Source: Podarcis erhardii (lineage: Eukaryota). From it: a stretch of DNA of 64,000 bases. Shown here one piece after another: positions 55,901-64,000 of the stretch; within the stretch, counting starts at the first letter, position 1, and each line of letters begins with the position of its first letter. Under the pieces are notes generated by a model that did not search any database, had not been told where the DNA came from, and was given only the letters and a program-made list of their open reading frames with translations. Both the position numbers and the translations under genes were made by a program. The stretch lies in NCBI GenBank assembly GCA_964252035.1, contig OZ176201.1. The stretch is one strand, 5' to 3'.

Positions 55901-58900
55901 TAGCCACAGTTTCACAGAATAGCACAACAATCTCCTGCTGCCTATAGATTTCTTCGGGCGACTTCACCGAGACTAAAGATGACACGTAACTGGAAAAGAG
56001 AAACAAGCTTTGAAACCCAGCTTAGCCACCACTCTCAGCACCTACCTTGCATACAAGACCAAGACATAGCCCTAATTTTCTGGTCTCCCTTTGAAACTCA
56101 CACTTTGGCAGCATAAACTTCAGAAGGCAGCAGTGGTCCTTTCCAGAGATTCCCCTTGCTGGCCAGTCACTACTTTTATTGGTTCTGGCCAGGTTGTTTT
56201 TTAGCATCTTTTCATTTTCATATTTAAAAAGCAGCTGTTAGAAGTTCCCTCCTCTTCTGTCCACATTGAACCACTTTCTGCTCCTTAGCTTAATCCACTG
56301 CATTGCCTAAAAAGGTCAGCCTATGGACATGCCCAATTCCTTAAAGCGAAACATGTACACATAACATGAACACCACTGTTGAAATATCTGCAATGGCTGC
56401 CCATCTACTATTGAAACAAGCTTAAAGTCCTTGTGATAACTCACAAAGCCCCAAACAACTTAGGTCCAGGGCACATTTGGGACCACCTAAACCCTTATAT
56501 CTCAACTTGATCACTGAGATCACCTGCAGGTGTATTGCTGGTTGTTCTCCCACGTTGGTGACACACATTTGACATCGACACAAAAGAGAGACTTTAGTGC
56601 GATCTGCCTAGTCCTGTGGAATGCTCTGCCAGCACCTTCTGTTTCAACCTTTAAATGCCTGCTGAAAACTCTTTTATTCCACCAGGCTTATGCAGACAAT
56701 TCAGAATACATATTTCCATGACGGTCAGTTGATGCTCTACGATTTTAATTTTTTAATGAGTTTTTCTTATGTATCAATATTATTGTACACTGCCTTGAAC
56801 CTTTGCATGATAGAGTGGTATATAAATATTAGTTATAAAGAGAAAAATAGTCAGAATGTAAGAACCCTACTGGATCAGCCTGGAGACCTATCTAGTTATA
56901 CAGCTGCCAATCAGATGTCTCTGAGAAGCAGGTCTGCTCAGCACCCACCTCAGCTCAAACTCAGCAAAGAGCATATCAAAACGAATCAATGCCCTGCGGA
57001 TAGGCTCTGAATAGGGTCCAGGTTGGTTCAGGCTTTGTTCCCGGAGTACCGTCCGCACCAACTCCAAGCTGCACAGCAGATCCTTGGCCAGAGGTCGCAG
57101 CCGTATCCCATCTGCCTCGTCCACATCAATGTAGGTGCGTGCCATCAAACACTGGAGCGAAGAAGAGTTTGAATTTGGATTTGATATCCTGCTTTATCAC
57201 TACCCGTAGGAGTCTCAAAGCGGCTAACATTCTCCTTTCCCTTCCTCCCCCACAACAAACACTCTGTGAGGTGAGTGGGGCTGAGAGACTTCAGAGAAGT
57301 GTGACTAGCCTAAGGTCACCCAGCAGCTGCAGCTGCAGGTGGAGGAGCGGAGACGCGAACCCGGTTCACCAGATTACGAGTCTACCACTCTTAACCACTA
57401 CACCACACTGGAAGGAAGAGTGACAGCTCAGGAACACTCTGTGTCCTTTGACTGCCTCTCCCGCCATATCACACAAGCTATTTCAGGGCTGGGATGAGCC
57501 CCCCAGCAACTGCCAAAGCCTAACTCCAGGAATGGAACCATAATACATCCCAATGAAGCAAGCAAAATTCCCAAGCGCACAGCAATCATCTACAGCCAGA
57601 GAAATCACAGCTAAAGGAATCCAGGCTGTGAGTAATGAAAGAGGAAAAGGAGAATATGATGACACTAGATGCACCAGGTGTTAGGAATTTCCCCTATTCC
57701 AGCTGTTCATGTTTGTAGCCTAAAATGGAGCTGTACTCAAGAACAGAACATACAAAGAGTGGTTGAATGTTCTAGTCCACCAAATCAGATGGCACAGTGG
57801 GTGCGGCTGTTAACCAGAAGTTTGGTGGTTTGGGCCCACCCAAGGATGGCTAGGGGCTGGATTCCTGCATTGCACAGGGTTGGAGTAGATGGCCCCCATG
57901 ACGCCGTCCAACTCTACAGCTCAATGATTGAATGAAATCCCTCCCGCATGGCTCACCTCAGCAGCAAACAGCATGTGGTTCCGGAGATTGTCCACGAGGA
58001 GGTCTTCGGGGAATTTGATGACATAGTCACGGCCATGACGCTCCTTGGGGATACACTCATCCATAATTCGCTCTATGATGGACAGCAGTTCGGTCTAGGA
58101 GAATGGGTAGAGTGGTTGTTACCATCAACACAAGGACATTCTGGAGACACCAGATGAGCTGATAAGGCAGGAAGCTAGGTCTTCCCAGAAAATTACTGAT
58201 GGGCCAGGGTAGATTTTGGCATTTCCATTGCCAAACATCTCAGCCAGAAATGGAACTCAGCGGTGAGGATTTAGCAAGATAAAACACACTGTTCTGTATT
58301 CTGTGTTGATCGGAAGAGGTGAAAATTGGGGGAGAGGGGGACCTCAGACTGCAGCCGCTCCATATTCCAAGAGTGTCCCACATTTTTTTTCCTGCCACAG
58401 GAAATTTACTCTTAAAATAGGAGGAGGAAATCATTTTCCTTTAAAAAACAACAACAATAGCCAACCCCAAATGCACACAAGCACAGAGGGAGCACTACAC
58501 TCTGGAAGATTGCTGTGTATAATCTCCATCTTGATCCTTGCCAGTCAGAGGCATGCCATGTGCACTGCTCCACTGAAGCAGCCAGGGACTGTAGACCATG
58601 TACTTTGGAAAGAATCTCCAAAGGAGGGTGCAATGAGACCAATGTGGGTCTTGCCATCTCCTAATTGGAGTATATGTGCATTTAAAGTGAGATGATGAGT
58701 AGGAAGGGGAAGCAAAATCCCTTACCACACTTCCCCATTGGAAATCTCTTATTTTGAGTTGTGTGCTGGGTTCCCCCCCCAGCCAAAGTTGCTTTTGGTC
58801 ATGGAGTTTCCCCAAGCAAACAGCTAGAAATGTGTCTGTGTGTGTGTCAGCTACTGCCACCTATCAATACTGTGCTTTGAAGTGCCACCCTCCCTCCCCT

Positions 58901-59085
58901 TCTGATCATCATGTCTAGTTTGGCCCTTAAAGAGAATGCCTTACCTGACTAAGGTGCAGCTGATTTAATAGAACCAGGTATTGCTGAGGATCTGTCTCTA
59001 CATCCAGACAGTTGATCTCCGTCACCACTTGGGTCACTCGCTCATCGGCATAGAAAAACTGTGACAGTAACCTCGGATCGGAGCG
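46857..59085 (-). CDS. Lateral signaling target 2 (LST2/ZFYVE28)-like FYVE-domain protein, paralog; first coding exon not located
   Basis: 12 GT-AG exons: 58945-59085, 57957-58094, 56949-57151, 55900-55989, 55328-55417, 54072-54173, 53295-53444, 51834-51970, 50294-50407, 48109-48195, 47526-47638, 46857-46982. Total 1491 nt = 496 aa plus TGA, with no internal stops. LST2 hallmarks: [56 protein letters not shown]: PDWVPD...[17 protein letters not shown]...PVRICTHC. Confidence 0.93.
47526..47638 (-). CDS. LST2-like exon, FYVE first half
   Basis: [34 protein letters not shown]. Confidence 0.95.
48109..48195 (-). CDS. LST2-like exon (...HLADCALC...)
   Basis: 87 nt, cag/gtgag; resembles EDCALC of ZFYVE28. 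Confidence 0.88.
48861..49760 (+). mobile_element. RTE-BovB LINE, 5'-truncated 3' fragment
   Basis: Frameshifted RT: [57 protein letters not shown]; (CAA)n-like tail. Confidence 0.92.
50294..50407 (-). CDS. LST2-like exon ([22 protein letters not shown])
   Basis: 114 nt, tag/gtgag. Confidence 0.92.
51834..51970 (-). CDS. LST2-like exon (...[21 protein letters not shown])
   Basis: 137 nt, cag/gtgag, in-frame stop just upstream of the acceptor. Confidence 0.85.
52301..52490. mobile_element. Tc1/mariner-type MITE fragment
   Basis: Right TIR CCAAGGTACGACTG-TA. Confidence 0.65.
52827..53079 (-). mobile_element. tRNA-derived squamate SINE with (CTT)n tail
   Basis: Head GAGCCAGTGTGGTGTAGTGG (A-box); highly similar to the copy at 57157-57411. 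Confidence 0.85.
53295..53444 (-). CDS. LST2-like exon ([17 protein letters not shown]...)
   Basis: tag acceptor is clear; AG|gtatga donor chosen because it keeps phase 2. Confidence 0.8.
54072..54173 (-). CDS. LST2-like exon ([33 protein letters not shown])
   Basis: 102 nt, cag/gtgag. Confidence 0.92.
55328..55417 (-). CDS. LST2-like exon ([29 protein letters not shown])
   Basis: 90 nt, tag/gtatg. Confidence 0.92.
55900..55989 (-). CDS. LST2-like exon ([29 protein letters not shown])
   Basis: 90 nt, cag/gtgag. Confidence 0.92.
56575..56840 (+). mobile_element. L2 LINE 3' end
   Basis: LWNALP...[10 protein letters not shown] followed by an AT-rich tail. Confidence 0.6.
56949..57151 (-). 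CDS. LST2-like exon (CLMART...RPLAKDL...FAEFEL)
   Basis: 203 nt, cag/gtggg. Confidence 0.92.
57157..57411 (-). mobile_element. tRNA-derived squamate SINE with (CTT)n tail, inserted at an exon acceptor
   Basis: Same family as 52827; flanked by an 8-bp direct repeat ACACTGGA (57149-57156 and 57405-57412). Confidence 0.88.
57957..58094 (-). CDS. LST2-like exon ([16 protein letters not shown]...[20 protein letters not shown])
   Basis: 138 nt, tag/gtgag. Confidence 0.92.
58945..59085 (-). CDS. LST2-like exon ([17 protein letters not shown]...)
   Basis: 141 nt, cag/gtaag. Confidence 0.92.
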
Positions 59086-60104
59086 CTGAATAGAGATAAG
59101 AAAGCATGGTTTATTCACAGCTCATCCCTATGAGGCAATGCTGGTACTCATGAACAGAAGTTGAGGTAGTAAACTGGTTTCTGAACGATACCATTTCAGA
59201 TTGCAGGTGGGGGAAATTACATGACTGAATGTGCTTCACTGCGAGGGGAAGAAAACTAGATGATGTTGATGATGATACCCCTACCATCTGACTGCGTTGC
59301 TAAAACCACTCTGGGTTTAGTCTAGTTTTTCCCCTGATGTATGTTTTAAATAAACAGTAAATGCAAGATTATTTTTGCAATGGAGGAACATTCAGTCATG
59401 TGAGGTGCTACTTGCATTCTGAAATGGTACAGTCCAGAAACAGGTTTACTGCTACATCTTCTGTGTTTGAAAATTAGGCCTCGTCTTTGATGCAACTTCC
59501 TGTGATCCCTTTCAGAAACTGCTTTGAATAGCTCTAAGAACATAAATACATAAAGATTTTGAAGATGAGTATCTATTAGCAGAAGACATGGTAAGGATTA
59601 AGTCCCTATTCTCTACAAGATTTAGATCAGTGGAAAGATATGAACTAAAAAGAGCGGTGCTAGATCAGACCAAGGGCCCATCACCCAGTAGCCTGCCAGT
59701 TTTCAACAGACGCTTCTGAGAAGCCCAGTCGTAGTTAACACCCATTTATAAACTCGTCCTCCACACATTTACCTAATCCGCTTTAAAGCCATCTAACCCT
59801 GCAGCCATCACCACACCTTGTGGCAGCATGTACCATAAGTTAATTATATGTTGTGTTACGTGAAGCCATCTATTTCAAGTTCCTAGACACCACCAGAATC
59901 ACATTTCAGGCACCTGGGGGGAAGCAACTTTGCATCCAGTCATTACATACATACAACCATACGCCATTAAGTAACATTTTTTGCAGAGTTTGGGCACAAA
60001 AGGCAGTACTTGAATTGTTGTATCCAGCCAGATTGCAAGGATTTAGGTCAAGAATAAAACAAACAAACAAACAAACAAACAGAGGGCCTTCCAGTTCACC
60101 AAAG

Positions 60105-60150
60105 TGCTCAGGCACGCACCCCAGGCCTGCTCAGGCACGCACCCCAGGCC
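60105..60150. repeat. Perfect 23-bp tandem duplication
   Basis: TGCTCAGGCACGCACCCCAGGCC x2. Confidence 0.9.
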
Positions 60151-60701
60151 TGTTCTATGCTATTTGTTTTTGGGAACAATGATAAATCTTATGAAAGAGG
60201 AACGACCCTCTAGGCTTAAGATGCCAATTCCTGACAGGTGGATTCTAAGCTTAATTGTGGCAAATAACAAATGAGAAAAATGGTATCTAAAAGATGGGAG
60301 GGTGGGGGCAAGACAAGAAAAATCAAGGAGAGTTCACAAGGTTCCCACAATTGTAACTTTGTCTATTCATAAGTAAGTCCTACTGAATTCAATATGGTTT
60401 ACTCCCAGGTTAGGATTGCAGCCTTAGAACTTATCCACACTAACCTTTCCTCTGCTGTTTCCAGGCATGGTCCACGCTTTAAAACTCTGTGTATGAGCAC
60501 CCTTTCCCCCCCACCCCCTCTGGATCTTTATCTACAGAAACCTGCTCTTTAAAGCTATATTTGAGCAAATGGCAATCCGCAGAAAACCCAAACTGACAGT
60601 TGTTCTGACTGGGAACTAAAGAGCGGGGAAAGCTATGGGGCAACAATCACCACCACCACGCTCAGACATGGATCTGTGTCTGGAAAGAGTGGGGCAAAAG
60701 G

Positions 60702-61016
60702 TACTGTAGTTTTCTGTGTATAAGATGATTTTTATTATTATTTAAAAATGATAAAAATTGGGGGTCTTCTTATACACGGATAGTGCAGAGGGGGGATGAG
60801 CGATTTGGTCGCAGCCGCGACCAGGATATTGTGAGCGGCGGTCAATTGGGTGAGCGATTGTCAGCAATCATACCAAAAAAAGCCCAACAACTGTGGACAA
60901 CCCCCCCCCCCAAAGCTTAACAACTCTGGGCAATCTCCCCGCATTTCCTTAATTTGGAGTCCCAAAAAATAGAGGTCTTATACAGGGGGGCGTGCTATAC
61001 ACGGAAAAATGCGGTA
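60702..61016. mobile_element. TcMar (pogo/Tc2-like) MITE
   Basis: Imperfect TIR TACTGTAGTTTTCTGTGTATA / TATACACGGAAAAATGCGGTA. Confidence 0.7.
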
Positions 61017-61754
61017 AGTGTGGATGAGCCCTAAGTCCACAACATGGCCCACAGGTCCTTTGCAATGAGACTCTCTGTATCCTACTCTCAAACTGTTTTT
61101 AACCCCTCCAGCATGCCATGGGACTCTGACAGTAACATGGCATAGACCTGCCTCTTTCAGTGTGAAGAAAGCACCAGATGACCTTGGAACAAACAAGGGA
61201 TGTCTGTATTAGAAACCCAAACAAATTTTAAGTGGGATCACCCATCTTGGCTTCTTCTGATGAATGTGATTCTAAAGGGGGTGCTGAAGCTTCTCAGTCC
61301 CTTATGTTCTTTCAGATGGAGTGTGAAAGGCTAAGCTAGGCAGAGTGGAAATCTGTGTAGGCTAATTATTGAAGTCCAGGAAACTTATTTGCAGGACTGT
61401 CCTTCAGATCAATGCCATGCAATTGCATACTCTGCCAAACAGAAACCGGCAAAGGCAACAGTAACATGCCCAAGATTATCCCCACTCAAATGCAGCCTAG
61501 TCAGCACATTTGAGTAAATTAACCTTGGGACCAAGCCAGAAGTCTCAAGCTATTGCTTTGAAGCTGCTAGAGACAAGCAACTTGTGCTAAACAGAAGTGT
61601 CTCTGCATTTGCCTCCCCCTTTTTGACAGTTTAGAAAGGGAGAGGGAGGCTTTGGGTAAAGGCCTTTCAGCAGAGGCTGGACAGGGATGCTTCAACTGCA
61701 CCCTGCATTGAGCAGGGAGCTGGATTACTTGACTTCAAAGCTCCTTTCAACTCA

Positions 61755-62080
61755 TAAGAACATTAGAAGAGCCGGCTGGATCAGCCAGTGGCCCATCTAG
61801 TCCAGCATCCTGTTCCCACACTGGCCAGCCAGATGTCTGTGGGAAAGATGCAATCAGGATCCAAGTACAAGAACACTCTTCCCTCCTGCAGTTTCCAGCA
61901 ACTGGTCTTCAGAAGCATTGCTGATTCTGACTAGGGAGGCAGAGTATAGCCATCATGGCTAGTAGCCCTTGATAGCCTTGTCCTCCATGAATTTGTCCAA
62001 TCTTCCTTGAAAGCCATCCAAGTTGGTGGCCATCAACACCTCCTGCCAGAGTAAATGCCATTTTTTAATTATGCATTGTA
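61755..62080 (-). mobile_element. CR1 LINE 3' fragment
   Basis: ATAAGAACATTAGAAGAGCC...GGCCCATCTAGTCCAGCATCCTG; related fragment at about 59650-59860. Confidence 0.65.
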
Positions 62081-62971
62081 TGTATAAGTACTTTTATGCT
62101 GTTCTAGCTCCATGCCAAGTGCAAATTTATTTATTTATTTATTTATTTATTTATGTATTTTTATTAAAGATTTTCTTGGTTTACAAAAGTATATGCACTG
62201 TCTCTCTCTCTCTCTCTCTTTTTCCCCCAAGTAACATTTTTTTACAGAACAGTTTCAGTGGTTGAGACATTAGGAAGAAAAGGGGGAATGAGGTGGCGGG
62301 GGGAGAGATGAGTGGGGGTGGGGGGCGTGGTTTCTATTTTACTTAATATATGTGGGGTTTTGTGTCAGCATCGCTTGTGCAGGTTCTCTGCTATTCCCAT
62401 GTGCAAATTTATAAGCTTTTATTATGTTATCTCTCTCTCACCTTTTCTCTAACCCAAACATGGCAACCTTTCCTTTTACGGAGTTGCTCCACCTCCCTGA
62501 TCATTATGGTTGCCCTTTTCTGAAATAAAAAATCCTCCTTCTGTGACTGAATCACTGTGCATGCAGGCTGTCCTAACTGTCCACCCCCTGGCTCCACTGA
62601 GTGGGAGGATTACTAACGGGTCACATTCAAAGGCTCATGACACCTTTGTGACAAACAGGATAATGACAGAGTTTGGAAAGGTTTCCCAAAGCCCCTCAAG
62701 TCAGAGCAAGCATCTTTCTCTACTTCTGGCATATAATGACAGAGGCTCTTGCCTGAGCAAGTCCATGTCACAAATGAACCTTCGGGGAAGGGTGAGGTAC
62801 GATGGATCAATTGCTTATTGCTGCTGCTGTTATATTCCTATAGAAAATACATTGGCCTGTTCTAAGATTATTTTCTAATGCTGGCTTTCAGTTTATGCAC
62901 CTCTCTCTTGGGATCCTCAGGCCTATAAATATGATACATAAATAAAAAAAAAATAGATAAGTCATCTAGAG

Positions 62972-63156
62972 CAGTGGTTCCCAATTAGCCAAGTACTGCA
63001 AACCCCCTGTTTTTCAAAAATCGAGCCGTGAACCCCCTACTTTTGAAAATGTTGATATCTCTATGGTACTTTTTGTTATGTGAATGGTGCCATGGATCCC
63101 CTGGGTGGGTTGTGCAGATCCCCTGGGATTTGCGGGTTATCAATTGGGAACCACCG
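62972..63156. mobile_element. hAT (Charlie-like) MITE
   Basis: TIR CAGTGGTTCCCAA / TTGGGAACCACCG; TSD ATCTAGAG / ATTTAGAG. Confidence 0.85.
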
Positions 63157-64000
63157 ATTTAGAGAAGTGCCACAGCACTGCCAAGTGGCTACTTTTGACT
63201 AAACCAACTGCTCTGGAACTGCCACCCTTTAAGCATGTACAGAAACTAGTTCATGAACTGAACCCAGCTCAGGCCTTCAGACTGATCAAGGGGCAGACAG
63301 AATGCCAAGGGCAGACCATTTATTGCCAGTCAGAAACTGGCATGACGCTGTGGTTAGATTTTCTACTCTGTAAACGAGGCAGCGCACACACCTATGCATA
63401 TACAGAGCTGGGCTCACGGATTACCAAGTGACGGAGTTCTCTGTAAGGATCTTCACACCCAGTGGGAACAAAAGGCATGCCAGGACACAAAAGCTAGGAT
63501 TGGGGGGGGGGGCAAAGGACTGTAGGAGTAGATTATCTGTCAGAATCTCTAGCGGACAGGCTGTTTCCCACTTGGTGCAAGCATATCACCAGAACCAGGC
63601 AATCACAGCCAAGAGGCCAGCCAACCAACTCCTCTGCTCATGAAAGAGTTATGTGGGCACTTGGAGAGAGGGTCTTGCCCAGCAATGGTTAAAAGAATAA
63701 AGCTCACATCCTCAGAGTACAACAAGGCCAGTTCAGTGGCATTTAACAACAGAACCTTTCCTGCAGTAACTCCTCGGCTAGAGAATTTTGCCTAGTGCCT
63801 AACATGTGGTCTTTTAAACACCAAGTAAGGACCTTCTCCCCCCACCCTGGCTTTTCATTTTTTAAAACAAGATTGAGCACTTTCTAGACCTTGTTGCTGG
63901 TTTTATTTGGATGCTATTTCTGATTTTATGTTCATATTACATTGTTATATTTTATGGGTTTGGAATATTGTAAACCACAAAGAGAACTTAGCGTTGATGG

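Noticed and set aside
46857-59085. Naming the FYVE gene ZFYVE28 itself
   Set aside because: Sequence divergence and its position beside MXD3/NSD1 rather than MXD4/NSD2 favour a paralog, so the symbol is left blank until a phylogeny is run.
61505-61560. Minus-strand FWLGPK|GT as candidate first exon of the LST2-like gene
   Set aside because: There is an in-frame TGA immediately upstream and no ATG.

Overview
Vertebrate genomic DNA, most likely a squamate (lacertid-like lizard, inferred from Sauria-type SINEs, BovB, L2/CR1 and mariner/hAT MITEs). Five intron-containing protein-coding genes were assembled by hand; every exon boundary is GT-AG and the frames join correctly. They are: the 3' part of NSD1 (+, 15 exons, 1905-17328); RAB24 (-, complete CDS); PRELID1 (+, complete CDS, head-to-head with RAB24 on a CpG island); MXD3 (-, complete CDS); and an intact 12-exon FYVE-domain gene (-, 46857-59085, first coding exon not located). 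The fifth gene is a diverged paralog of ZFYVE28/LST2. It sits upstream of MXD3 exactly as ZFYVE28 sits upstream of MXD4, and human has no gene at this position, so it is probably a whole-genome-duplication ohnolog lost in human. Other notable observations: a SINE inserted into one of this gene's splice acceptors and duplicated it; NSD1 has a 14-aa tandem-repeat expansion in its C-terminal tail; and an intact antisense solo LTR lies next to an NSD1 exon. One 143-nt assembly gap (18911-19053). Gene names and human comparisons are from recalled sequences, not database searches.
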